From Bacteroidota bacterium (GTDB lineage: Bacteria; Bacteroidota; Bacteroidia; Chitinophagales; Saprospiraceae): a stretch of 64,000 nucleotides of DNA. Positions within the stretch are counted from its first letter, which is position 1. The number at the start of each line of letters is the position of its first letter. Under the pieces are notes generated by a model, which saw only the letters and a program-made list of their open reading frames with translations, was not told where the DNA came from and did not search any database. Location of the stretch: contig JAKQHS010000111.1 of NCBI GenBank assembly GCA_029557915.1, positions 5,918-69,917 of the forward strand. Reading direction: 5' to 3'. Of this stretch, positions 16,853 through 26,800 are shown one piece after another. The position numbers and the translations under genes were made by a program.

Positions 16853-17941
16853 ATGAAACCCCGATTCCTGACCCTTCTATTGTATTTATGGATCGCCGGG
16901 CCGCTTTTTGCCCAGCAAAGCGTGACTTTAAGGGGCAAGGTCGTGGAAATCACTCCGGAGGGGACCGTCGGCGTGCCCGGAGTGGTGGTCAGCGTCAGCG
17001 GGGAGAGTTACGATGTGACCGCCGGGGACGGCAGCTTTAAATTGTTTGCACCCGGCGGACTGGACCAGATCACCATCACCATCAAGGGATCTTCCTCCAT
17101 GATGATCTCTCCTTATGAAGGAAAGGTCAGCATCCCCCCGCTTAATGAACCCATTGAGATCAAACTCTGCCAGGAAAAAAACGAACAGCTGATAAATAAA
17201 ATAACCCAGCTCAATACCCGGATCCGCTCCCTGCAAAAGACGCAGAAACTGACCAACCGGCAACTGGAGCAGATGCACCGGACCATGCTGGACACCATCA
17301 CCTTTTACCAGGCCCGGCTGGACCTGGCGAACCGTCAGCTTGAAAAAGCCGAAACGGCCAACCAGGAATTGAAAAATAAAATCACCGAACTGGAAAAAAC
17401 CAACGCCCTACTGGAAGAAAAACTCTTCCTGGCCCTGGGCGAAAAATTCACCGCCCAGCAAAAACATTTTGAATCCATCAGCACCGGCCTCAACGACTAT
17501 ATCTCCCGGCTGAAAGACCTGCATCATATCCTGCCCACAGATGCCGAAGCCTGCCTGGCCAATACCCCGGGGGCCTGCACCCGTTTTTACGGTTACATCG
17601 AAAAATACAACCAGGCCAGGAACCAAATCCATGAACACCTGGAGGAAGACCTCCGGGCGGTGGGACATTTTTGGTCTGACCCGTCGGTGGCCGCCGGCTT
17701 AAAAGAAATTTACGGGTACGTCCTGGACACCATTCATGAACCCTATCTCTTCGAAAAAATGAACAAAACGGTCATTCAACCCATCAAACAGAGGTCCCAG
17801 GGGAATGCCGGCCTCAATAAAACGAAAAAACAGGTTTCGGAAGCAGGCCATGCCCTGGCCGCCGATCTGGAACCCCTGATCCGAACCCTGGATGAAAAAA
17901 AAGCATTTGTTTTTAACCTGATGACAAACTCGATTCAATGA
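16853..17941 (+). CDS. Secreted protein: CarboxypepD_reg-like N-terminal domain plus coiled coil
   Basis: I call the start at the ATG at 16853 (MKPRFLTLLLYLWIAGPLFAQQ); the track ORF starts at 16805. VTLRGKVVE...GVVVSVSG...DGSFKL looks like a carboxypeptidase-regulatory fold. A long heptad-rich region (QLEKAETANQELKNKITELEKTNALLEEKL) follows. Confidence 0.55.
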   Translation: MKPRFLTLLLYLWIAGPLFAQQSVTLRGKVVEITPEGTVGVPGVVVSVSGESYDVTAGDGSFKLFAPGGLDQITITIKGSSSMMISPYEGKVSIPPLNEPIEIKLCQEKNEQLINKITQLNTRIRSLQKTQKLTNRQLEQMHRTMLDTITFYQARLDLANRQLEKAETANQELKNKITELEKTNALLEEKLFLALGEKFTAQQKHFESISTGLNDYISRLKDLHHILPTDAEACLANTPGACTRFYGYIEKYNQARNQIHEHLEEDLRAVGHFWSDPSVAAGLKEIYGYVLDTIHEPYLFEKMNKTVIQPIKQRSQGNAGLNKTKKQVSEAGHALAADLEPLIRTLDEKKAFVFNLMTNSIQ

Positions 17942-18828
17942 TTAGCCCCAAGCCCCGCAAATCCTGGCTACCTGCCACAATGCTGTTGATTTTGATTCAA
18001 TGCTTCCTCCATTCCGGCTGCAACCCGGACTGCACGCCCCTACTGGGCTTGCAGGTACTGCCTGCCGTGGGAGAGAGCGGGACCGAGGTCCTGATCAAAG
18101 CCACTCCCCTGGAATCCCTGGTCAGCCAGGATTTGGAAATCAGGTTTAATTCAAAACCGGTGACCCAGAAAAAATTTCATCCCCAGCTGGGCCTGGTGGT
18201 GACCGTACCCGAAGGGGTCGAGGGCCAGGTGGACCTGGTCATCGCCAATCCGGATTGTTCGGAGAGACTGCCTTTCAATGCGGTCCCGGCCTCCTTTTTT
18301 GAAGCGAATAAAAGTTTTATCCCCCCGTCTATCCCGCAGATCTTTATACCCATCAACCCGCTTCCTCCCTTTCCTCCATCCCTGGAGAATGCCTGGCTAT
18401 GCCCTGAAAACACGGATTACTGCATCTGGTTCAAATTCTTAAAGGACCCCAAAGGCAAATGCACGACCTCCATTGATCCCACGCAGAGCTTCGAGCAATC
18501 CACCTGCAACGGCAACAATACCGCCCTGCTTTACAATAAGAATCCGATTTTCGGAGTGGTGGACAAGGATAAAAACCTGGTCCATTTCTGGATTGACCGG
18601 ACCAAACATCCTGGCGGCAACCTGGGGACCGAAGAATTCATCGGCAGCTTTATCAATATCAACGATACGCCTTACAAACCTTTCGAACAATTGGCTTGCA
18701 GCCCGGCGGTCGGCTGGAAAAGGGAACGCAACCATATGATCCTGGTGACCTCCACCACGACCAACCGCCAACTGGTGATTTACCAGCAGGCCTTCAACGA
18801 TCCCAATTTTATGATCGACTGCAAATAA
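17938..18828 (+). CDS. Hypothetical lipoprotein
   Basis: ATGA overlap with the upstream gene. It has a lipoprotein-like signal (LLILIQCFLHSGC) and a possible Ig/IPT-like N-terminal segment. I recognised no family. Confidence 0.5.
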   Translation: MISPKPRKSWLPATMLLILIQCFLHSGCNPDCTPLLGLQVLPAVGESGTEVLIKATPLESLVSQDLEIRFNSKPVTQKKFHPQLGLVVTVPEGVEGQVDLVIANPDCSERLPFNAVPASFFEANKSFIPPSIPQIFIPINPLPPFPPSLENAWLCPENTDYCIWFKFLKDPKGKCTTSIDPTQSFEQSTCNGNNTALLYNKNPIFGVVDKDKNLVHFWIDRTKHPGGNLGTEEFIGSFININDTPYKPFEQLACSPAVGWKRERNHMILVTSTTTNRQLVIYQQAFNDPNFMIDCK

Positions 18829-18842
18829 AACCGGAAGACACC

Positions 18843-19784
18843 ATGTTTCGCATGCATAAAACAGTTGGCCGGAGTATTTTCCTCCTGGTCTTCGGGGTCT
18901 TCGGGATCCTTACCGGGAATGCTCAGGAGCAAGCCGCAGAAGAACGGTTTTCATTCGGCAATATCTCCCCGGTCATTCTTCCCAAAGACGGGCTCGAAGT
19001 GACGGCCACCGGCAATCTGACCTCCTATTGGGTGACCTCCCAGTTTGGCAAAGTAGTTCTTGACCGGTACCGCATTTCCAGGTCGGAAAACTACCTGAAT
19101 CTGAATTATGGCTTTTCTGAAAGCGGGCGATGGGATCTGGGGGTACAGGTCCGGTACTCCCGTTTGCGGCTGGATGAAAACGCGCGCAATTCTCCCTTTA
19201 AGGTCTTTGGCTCTCCGGATGCCACGGGTATCGGTTATCAGTCCATTTCCACCGTAGGGCTGCGGGTGAGGGCCCTGCCTTTTGAAAATATTCCGGAATT
19301 TACCCTGCAGGGGGCGGTTCATTTCCCCGTAGCCAAAGATATGGAGACCAGGTCCTTCCTTGGAGCGGACCGGATCCAGCCCGAACTCACCGCCACTTAT
19401 TTTAAAAACCTGAGCCCCGATTTTTATCTCTATCTGCAGGGCCGGTATTTATTGCAAATAGCCAATGAGGACCACGACCAGACCACTCATTTCCCCGGTC
19501 TGAGCGCCTTCCTGGTCAAATCCTTCCTTGATCAAAAGCTCTATGTGTTCCCCGGGCTGAGTTGGCTTGGGGCTTATGAACAAAACTACCAGGGGGGCCG
19601 TTTGGTCAGCGAAGCTCAGTTTGTCATGGTCAGCCTGGGCGCCCAGGTCCAGCCGCTTTCTTACCTGGGAGTATTCCTGAATGCCCAGAGGCCCCTGTAT
19701 TATAAATCCGGATTGAGTTTTTATTCCGACCTCGTGAAAAGCAGTTATTCCGATTGGTCGCTGGGCTTGAGATTTATTTTATAG
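18843..19784 (+). CDS. Hypothetical outer-membrane beta-barrel-like protein
   Basis: The start at 18843 gives a signal peptide (MFRMHKTVGRSIFLLVFGVFGILTGNAQ). The track's 18696 start overlaps the previous gene. Alternating hydrophobic beta-strand patterns run throughout. Confidence 0.45.
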   Translation: MFRMHKTVGRSIFLLVFGVFGILTGNAQEQAAEERFSFGNISPVILPKDGLEVTATGNLTSYWVTSQFGKVVLDRYRISRSENYLNLNYGFSESGRWDLGVQVRYSRLRLDENARNSPFKVFGSPDATGIGYQSISTVGLRVRALPFENIPEFTLQGAVHFPVAKDMETRSFLGADRIQPELTATYFKNLSPDFYLYLQGRYLLQIANEDHDQTTHFPGLSAFLVKSFLDQKLYVFPGLSWLGAYEQNYQGGRLVSEAQFVMVSLGAQVQPLSYLGVFLNAQRPLYYKSGLSFYSDLVKSSYSDWSLGLRFIL

Positions 19785-19792
19785 TGAGCGAT

Positions 19793-19825
19793 AGATATGC
19801 CAGATTATAGAAATCCGGCATATCT
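19793..19825. terminator. Palindromic terminator-like element (family AGATATGCCAGATTT)
   Basis: AGATATGCCAGATT-ATAGA-AATCCGGCATATCT has 14-bp arms with one mismatch. It lies 9 nt after the stop at 19784 and 7 nt before the MFS start. Confidence 0.6.
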
Positions 19826-19831
19826 TTTCCT

Positions 19832-21151
19832 ATGATCCCCAAAAACGATAAAAAACTCATCCATGCCTGGGCCATGTATGACTGGGCCAATTCGGTTTAT
19901 GCCCTGGTCATCACCTCCGCAATCTTCCCGGCTTATTACAATTCGGTCACCCGCAACGGAGACCATTCCCGCGTCTCTCTCTTCGGTATTCAGATAGAGA
20001 ATACGGCGGCCTATGCCATCAATCTGGGCATTGCCTTCGGCATCGTTGCCTTGCTTTCCCCCTTGTTGTCCTCCATCTCGGATTATTCGGGAAATCAAAA
20101 AAATTTTATGCGGTTTTTCTGTTACCTGGGAGCGGCCGGTTGTATATCCCTCTTTTTTTTCACCGGCAGCGCCCAGGTGTACCTCGGACTCGGTGGGATG
20201 ATGCTGGCGACCATAGGCTATTCCGGCAGCATCGTTTTTTACAATTCCTATTTGCCCGTCCTGGCCACGGAGGACCGGCAGGACAAGGTGAGCGCAAGGG
20301 GCTACGCTTACGGTTACCTGGGCTCCACCACCCTCCTCATCCTGGTGCTGTTCTTCATTCTTAATCAAAACCGGCTGGGGATTTCGGACGAAACCCTCCT
20401 TCCCCGTCTTTCCTTCCTGATCACCGGATGCTGGTGGATGGGTTTTGCACAGATCTCCTTCAACAAACTGCCCCGGGGCCTGAATGTGAAACCTGTTGAA
20501 AAAAAATACCTCTTCCACGGCTACCTTGAAATGCTCAAAATCTGGCGCCGTCTGAAAACGGAAAAGAACCTGCGCACTTTTCTGGCCGGCTTTTTTTTCT
20601 ACATCATGGGGGTACAAACCGTCATGTTCATGGCAGCTTCATTCGGAGAAAAGGAAATCCATCTGAACATGATGAACCTGATCCTCACCGTCCTGATCCT
20701 GGAATACATTGCCATTCCTGGCGCCTTTCTATTTGCATGGATCTCAAAAAAATGGGGCAATATCCGCTCCCTCAGCTTGGCCGTGATGACCTGGATCCTC
20801 ATCTGCATCGCCGCCTATTTCATATCCACTGCCTTTCATTTTTACCTCGTCGCCTTATTTATCGGCCTGGTGATGGGTGGGATTCAGTCGCTCTCCCGTT
20901 CCACCTACAGCAAGCTGATCCCCAAGACGGGAAACAATGCGGGTTATTTCAGTTTTTATGACGTCTGCGAAAAAATGGCCATGATGTGCGGTTTGGTTCT
21001 TTTTGGTTACCTCGACCATGCCTCCGGGAGCATGCGCGGGTCGATCCTGGCCCTGGCCCTTTGGTTTATAATCGGCCTGACCTTTCTTATATCCCTGTTT
21101 AAGGATGCCCCTCTGCCCCATACCAATCCTGACCGGCCATCCATTAGTTAA
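19832..21151 (+). CDS. MFS transporter, UMF1 (Atg22-like) family
   Basis: 439 aa with about 12 TM helices. The N-terminus KKLIHAWAMYDWANSVYALVITSAIFPAYY is typical of UMF1 family members. Confidence 0.75.
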   Translation: MIPKNDKKLIHAWAMYDWANSVYALVITSAIFPAYYNSVTRNGDHSRVSLFGIQIENTAAYAINLGIAFGIVALLSPLLSSISDYSGNQKNFMRFFCYLGAAGCISLFFFTGSAQVYLGLGGMMLATIGYSGSIVFYNSYLPVLATEDRQDKVSARGYAYGYLGSTTLLILVLFFILNQNRLGISDETLLPRLSFLITGCWWMGFAQISFNKLPRGLNVKPVEKKYLFHGYLEMLKIWRRLKTEKNLRTFLAGFFFYIMGVQTVMFMAASFGEKEIHLNMMNLILTVLILEYIAIPGAFLFAWISKKWGNIRSLSLAVMTWILICIAAYFISTAFHFYLVALFIGLVMGGIQSLSRSTYSKLIPKTGNNAGYFSFYDVCEKMAMMCGLVLFGYLDHASGSMRGSILALALWFIIGLTFLISLFKDAPLPHTNPDRPSIS

Positions 21152-21479
21152 TGGATTGTCCTTTTAATTCCCTGATCAGATTGCCCTTCTTCCCGCGGGA
21201 TACCGGCAATTTACTTCCGTTACGAAGGACCACCTCTCCGCCATCCCCCTTTAGATAGCGGTAGATATGTTCCAGATTGACCAGGTACTTATGATGGATG
21301 CGGCAAAATCCAAGGGGCCGCAGTTGGTTTTCAAGTTCTTTCAGGGAATGAGTGGACTGGACAAATTGATTTTCCTGGTAGATCACCAGGCAAAAATTGC
21401 CATCCGCCTGAATATATAAAATATCATCAGCGGAGGCCAGTTCATAACCGCGATGAACCGGAATGGGAATTTTATTCAT
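21144..21479 (-). CDS. Stand-alone LytTR DNA-binding domain protein (copy 1)
   Basis: 111 aa. LytTR hallmarks are ILYIQADGNF...FCRIHHKYLVNLEHI...LPVSRGKK. There is no receiver domain. It overlaps the MFS 3' end by 8 nt (convergent). Confidence 0.8.
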   Translation of the reverse strand: MNKIPIPVHRGYELASADDILYIQADGNFCLVIYQENQFVQSTHSLKELENQLRPLGFCRIHHKYLVNLEHIYRYLKGDGGEVVLRNGSKLPVSRGKKGNLIRELKGQSIN

Positions 21480-21669
21480 AGTGAAGGGTTGTCTTTTGGT
21501 GTTTAAATCTTCACCTCCGGAGCTATTTTAAAATTACAAAAAACAAAAAGGTAATTTTCTCGTCACCAGATATTCTTGATAACCGGCTCTCCTGATGAGA
21601 TAACAAGCGCCTCTTCAATTGCAAATGATAATTCCCTTCATTCGCATTAATTCTTGAATCAGGATATTT

Positions 21670-22008
21670 CTATATAAGGTCGCCATTCAACCTCAGGGCG
21701 CTAAGCAGGTTCGCCTTTTTACCCCTTGAAACAGCCAGCCGCTCGCCGTTGGTGAGTTCGACTTCGCCTCCATCGCCCTTGTAATACCGGACGATGTGGG
21801 ACAGGTTGACCAGGAACTCGTGGTGGATCCTGCAAAAACCACGTCCCTCGAGCTGGCGTTCCAGTTCTTTCAGGGACCGGAGGGTAAATTTTTTAGTTTT
21901 TTCCGGATGAAATAGAATGGAATAATTTCCATTGGATTTGAAATAGAGGATTTCCTGTAATAGGACAAACTCTATGCCTTCGTGTATGGGTATCGGAATA
22001 CGGTTCAT
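21670..22008 (-). CDS. Stand-alone LytTR DNA-binding domain protein (copy 2)
   Basis: 112 aa: ILYFKSNGNY...FCRIHHEFLVNLSHI...LAVSRGKK. It is clearly paralogous to copy 1. Confidence 0.8.
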   Translation of the reverse strand: MNRIPIPIHEGIEFVLLQEILYFKSNGNYSILFHPEKTKKFTLRSLKELERQLEGRGFCRIHHEFLVNLSHIVRYYKGDGGEVELTNGERLAVSRGKKANLLSALRLNGDLI

Positions 22009-22052
22009 GCGCTTTAAATCAAAGGCCCGGATTGTGCGGGGCTCCTGGTCCG

Positions 22053-22430
22053 TTATTGCACGGTATAAATTTTCTGTAAAAACCCTTGTTTTCTGGCCCT
22101 GGACACCGGAAGGACGGTACCGTCGGTGAGAACCACCTGGCCGCCGTCCGCCTTCTCGAATCGGACCAGCTGGTTCAGATTGACTACATATTGATGATGA
22201 ATGCGGTAAAATCCGGCAGGCGAAAGCCCCGCTTCCAGTTGTTTAAGCAAACAAGGAAGAAGGGTTTTGCAACCATCCGCAAAATGCGCCCAGGAATAAT
22301 TGCCTTCCGATTGCAGCCACAGGATCCTTTTTCTTTCCATCCATAAAATCCCCTGGCTACAGGGCAGGGCCACCCGCTCTGTCCGCTCTGGTATCGTGTC
22401 CATAATGATTTCAGGTAATTTGTAATTCAT
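22053..22430 (-). CDS. Stand-alone LytTR DNA-binding domain protein (copy 3, more divergent)
   Basis: 125 aa: ILWLQSEGNY...FYRIHHQYVVNLNQL...LPVSRARK. It is divergent from the ECF sigma gene across a 72-bp gap. Confidence 0.8.
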   Translation of the reverse strand: MNYKLPEIIMDTIPERTERVALPCSQGILWMERKRILWLQSEGNYSWAHFADGCKTLLPCLLKQLEAGLSPAGFYRIHHQYVVNLNQLVRFEKADGGQVVLTDGTVLPVSRARKQGFLQKIYTVQ

Positions 22431-22502
22431 TTATACCCCGAAACCCTAAAATGTTACCCGGTTCTAAACTTTTTTATAATTTTAAGCTGACCACACCCAC
22501 CA

Positions 22503-23090
22503 TTGAATAATAAGATCCGGGCCGAAAATGAACATATCCTGGAGGGCCTCCGAAGGGGCGATCTGCGCGTCATTGAAAAGGTCTTCAGCACCTGCAAGCC
22601 CGCTGTAATTCAAATGGTCGTCCGGCAGGGAGGGAACGAAGCCGATGCCGAAGATGTATTTATGGACGCGTTTGAAGCCATCTACAACCGGCTGCAATCC
22701 AACGGCCTGACGCTGGACCGGGCTTCTTTTAAAACTTATTTCATCCAGGTCTGTCTTTTTCAGTGGTCCAAGAAAATCCGGAAAAAAAACCGCGTCCATC
22801 AGGTAACAAATCCTGCCGGAGAGGTACAAACCGGGATGGAAGAGGTGCATGAGGCCCTGGCAGATCTGGACCGTAAGAAAATCGTCGCCGAAAAATTCCA
22901 ATTGCTCTCCGAGGGATGCCGGCAATTGCTCGACTGGTTCATTTCCGAAGACAAAAATATTTCTGAAGTAGCCCTTCTGCTGGGAATCTCCGAAGGCAGT
23001 ACCCGGAAACGCAAATATGAATGCAAGGAAAAACTGTTCCGGCTGGTAAAAGAGGACCCTATGTACCAAGAATTAAAATTTCCAGGATGA
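22503..23090 (+). CDS. ECF-type RNA polymerase sigma-70 family factor (paralog of 1266..1835)
   Basis: 195 aa. It uses a TTG start at 22503, and no in-frame ATG occurs before region 2. The region 4 HTH reads NISEVALLLGISEGSTRKRKYECKEKL. Its stop overlaps the next start (ATGA at 23087). Confidence 0.8.
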   Translation: MNNKIRAENEHILEGLRRGDLRVIEKVFSTCKPAVIQMVVRQGGNEADAEDVFMDAFEAIYNRLQSNGLTLDRASFKTYFIQVCLFQWSKKIRKKNRVHQVTNPAGEVQTGMEEVHEALADLDRKKIVAEKFQLLSEGCRQLLDWFISEDKNISEVALLLGISEGSTRKRKYECKEKLFRLVKEDPMYQELKFPG

Positions 23091-23833
23091 TCGAAGAGGA
23101 ATGGGATGAAGCCGTTGACCGTTTTCTCAGGGGCCAAATGGACCCGGAAGAAAGCGCCCGTTTTGCGGACCGGTTGAAAAACGATCCGTCCCTCCAGGAA
23201 TATCTCCGGTTGAACCAGGCGCTGCACCAGGCCCTGAGGAATTCTCCTTCCCCTTTCAGGCAGACCCTGGAAAGAATTAATGTCTCTTCTGACTTGCGGG
23301 TGGCTTCAAAACGTGGCTGGATCCTCGTGGTGGTGACGGCAATCGCCCTCTCCATCTTTGCTTTCCTGGGCATATACCTGAACAGGAAAAAGAATTCCGG
23401 TCCGGAGGCCTTGTACCTGGCTTATATGAAGGCCCCTGCTTCGCTCAGCCCGGACCTGGCTCCCGACCGGACCGGCGAAGCGCAATCCAGAAGCATTTCT
23501 TTTCAAGATTCCGTATTGATGGAAACGGACCGTCTTTACATCAATGGACAAATCGACCAGGCTTTGCAATTATTGCAGTCGACCCAGGAAGATTTGTTAT
23601 CCGACCGGATGCTTTTTCAGACCGGCCTGCTTTTGTTAATAAAAAACCAAGCCGGAGAAACACTCCGGGTGTTTGAGAAAATAAATGCCTATAGCCCCGG
23701 TGAAATCCTATGGTATGGAGCGCTGGCTCATCTGAAGCAAGGGGAGCCATCGGCAGCCAGGTCAAAGCTGGAGCTCATTCCTGCTGAGAGCCGATGGTAC
23801 TCGCAAAGTCGGGAACTGTTGTCCCGGCTTTAG
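23087..23833 (+). CDS. Single-pass membrane protein, putative anti-sigma factor with periplasmic TPR-like domain
   Basis: 248 aa from the ATG at 23087; the track ORF starts at 23021, inside the sigma gene. It has an N-terminal helix region (DRFLRGQMDPEESARFADRLKNDPSLQEYL), a TM helix (WILVVVTAIALSIFAFLGIYL) and a C-terminal helical-repeat domain. Confidence 0.6.
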   Translation: MIEEEWDEAVDRFLRGQMDPEESARFADRLKNDPSLQEYLRLNQALHQALRNSPSPFRQTLERINVSSDLRVASKRGWILVVVTAIALSIFAFLGIYLNRKKNSGPEALYLAYMKAPASLSPDLAPDRTGEAQSRSISFQDSVLMETDRLYINGQIDQALQLLQSTQEDLLSDRMLFQTGLLLLIKNQAGETLRVFEKINAYSPGEILWYGALAHLKQGEPSAARSKLELIPAESRWYSQSRELLSRL

Positions 23834-23836
23834 TGT

Positions 23837-26800
23837 TCAGGTCTGTCTGCGAAGCCAAAAGGCTAATAAGACGGTGCCTGCCAAAAGCGCCGCAAGGATC
23901 CAGTAACTAATTGAATCCATGCCCTCTAAGATCAAAGGTTCATTGTCCCCTACCAGGACCAGCCCGGCCCAATAATAGGGATGTTTTAATTCCGGTATGG
24001 CGTTGGCCAGGTAATCCTCCTTTGCTTTACGGAGGGCGTCTGCCTTGCCGAGGCCGGTTTTTAGGTGTTTAAAAAAACTTACGATGAGGTCCTTGGTACT
24101 GGCATCGTTGGCTTGCCAGAGCGACATGACTACATTTGGACAACCGGCGGCCTTAAAAGCCCGTGCGAGCGACATCACCCCTTCTCCCTTCAAGTATTTG
24201 CCTTTTCCGCTGTTGCAGGCGCTCAGCACGGAGAGTTCCGCGTTTAAATGCATCCTGGCGATTTCATAAGCATAAATCGCTTCATTTCTTCCGGGACCTT
24301 CCGGATTTTTTAATATCAGCTGGGAGTATTCAGGGTGTTTGTCATCCGCGATGGCGTGCATGGCCAGGTGCAGGATCCTCGCATTAGCCCCGTTCCGGAG
24401 CAATTTTGATTTATCTACTTCCAGGCCGGTATAGGCTTCCCCCTTCCATATATTGGCTGATTCCAATACTTCTGGTTCGTTAAACAACAGATTACCATAT
24501 GCCTCCCGGTTGGCGGCATACAAAGGATAGGTAATCAGGGAGTCCAATCCTCGCTGAAGGAAAATCTCATGGCCCTCATAGCGGGGAGCAAACCCGGCAT
24601 AGTTTTCATCCGGCTTCAGCAAAGGGGGTTCCTTCAACAGCAAACCGCTGGCGTATTCGTACCGGATGGTGCGTTTGCCCAGCGGGGAATCCTCAAATCC
24701 CCTTATGCTGGATTGAAGACATTCAAAAGGGAGGCGGGCCAGAAAGCCGTCCGGGATGACGATCAGGTGGTTCCCGGAGATCTGGTCCTCCACCGGTTTG
24801 ATTAATAAATCGTATAATCCGGCGGACCATACACCTAAGGAATCCCGGGCCGTTTGATCAGTTTCCGGATTCAAAGCATCTGAGAATTTAATAGCCAGAG
24901 CTTCCAGTCCAGAATTGGCTTCCTGTTTTATGATCCTGAATTGACTTTGATTCATGTGCAGGAGGTATAAATGTTTTGTGCCGGTAAAATAATCCAGCAG
25001 GTCAGCCTGCTCTTGTTTTAAATAATCGCGAAGCCGGTCGAAGGGAAACCGGTCCAGGGAATAAGGGTTTGGGACATGGACCGTCTCCATTGGTTCCTTC
25101 TCGGCAAGCATGACCAACTGGCCTGCCAGTTCAGCCTGTGTTTTTTTCAGATTAAACAATTTTAAAGTATCCTTCACCGGCGAAGTCCGCTCCATTTCAA
25201 GGATCTGATCCCGGAGGTAGGCAATTTCCGTTTTAAGTTGTTCGGCCTGGCTCCTGGGCGCCGCCTCCTGCCCATAGGCGGATATGTTCTGCTTGTCCAG
25301 CAGTTCTTTGATCTGAAATGCCTTGACCAGATCCGAAATATAGAATGCTTCCCTGGCATAACTTTCGTTTCCTGTTTGTTCATAAAGATGGGCGCACAAT
25401 TCGAGGGCGTCCTCATAAAACGGGTACAGATAATGCAAGCGGTTGGTTTTGGACTGGCGGCGGTAGAGTTCGTCCTGGAGGCGCTTCATCGAAGCATGAA
25501 AGGTTTGCAGTAAACGATACCCCTGCTCCAGAACGTTTATTGAATTTTCCTGTATTCCAATGGAAACCATACTCTGGATTAATGGCTTCAGAAAATCCTG
25601 AACCCGGAGAACCTCCTGTCCGGTAAACCTTTCCCATTGAACCAGCCCGGCAACCAAAGAATCCATTGAAGGAACTTGATGTATTTGGTCCAGGATTTCT
25701 TTACAAAATCGTATACAATCTCCGGGCTGTCCTCCCTTGAGCAGTGCCCTGGCTTTTAATTCCAAAAGAACAAATTCAGGGTTGCTTGAAGAAACTACGG
25801 GATCTCTGAGGGATGCATCGACCAAATTTATACAATCCTGGTATTTACCTGTTTTTAAAAAAAAGTCAGCCAATCGGTATCTCAGAAAATGCCTGTTTAC
25901 CAATGCGGCGCCGGATTCCGATTTCCGGAATTGCGTCATTAATTCTTCCGCTTTCTTCCACTCCCCATGATACAAATGAATGGCTGCTCTACTATCCAAA
26001 GCACTGCGCTGAAGGAAGTCATTTCCCGGTTCGTGTTTCTTAATCAGGGAATCCGCCAGGTCAGCAAGGTAGGTGGCTATTTCCGGCTCATCATTGTTCA
26101 GGTGTATCCAGACTTTATTAATCGTAGCACCAATATATTGCCTGGGGATATTGCTTAAAAGCAGGTTGCGAACCACGGGCGGACGGCTGTTCGTGCCCAT
26201 AAATTGTTTATAGAATTTGGCGTCCGGAATATCCGAATGTCTGATGACAAAGTTGTCGTACAGGGTCTTCACCAGGGATTGCATCCTGCTTGCAAAAATC
26301 TCCGCATGATCTACGTCGCCCATTTCCCAATAAAAAGAGGCCATATTATTATAGACATTCACCAGGAAATTATTTAAACTGTCCATGGTGCGCACCCTGA
26401 TTTCATAGGCTTTTAAAAAATACTCTTTGGACTTTACCAGTTCGCCGTAATTCCTGTAACAGTTTCCCAGCTTGATCAGGCATTTGGTGGCAATGAGGTG
26501 GTCCTCCCCCAGCTTCTTTCTGCACCAGTCAAGGGACAGGTTCAGGTATTTAAAGGCGCTGTCGTTTTCCTGTTTCAGCTGATAGAGGTATCCGACATTG
26601 AAATAACTGTCAATATAATAGATCCAGGTCAGGGTATCTGCTGTATATTGAAGCAAATGGTCGAAACGCTGCACACAGTCCTGCGCGAGCATCAGGGCGC
26701 TGTCCACTTTATACATATAGGCATAAATCTCCGCCCGGTGAAACTGGTCAAAAGCTGAGGTGGAATCCTGAAGATAAGAGGCGGGCTTATCAAGCAACAG

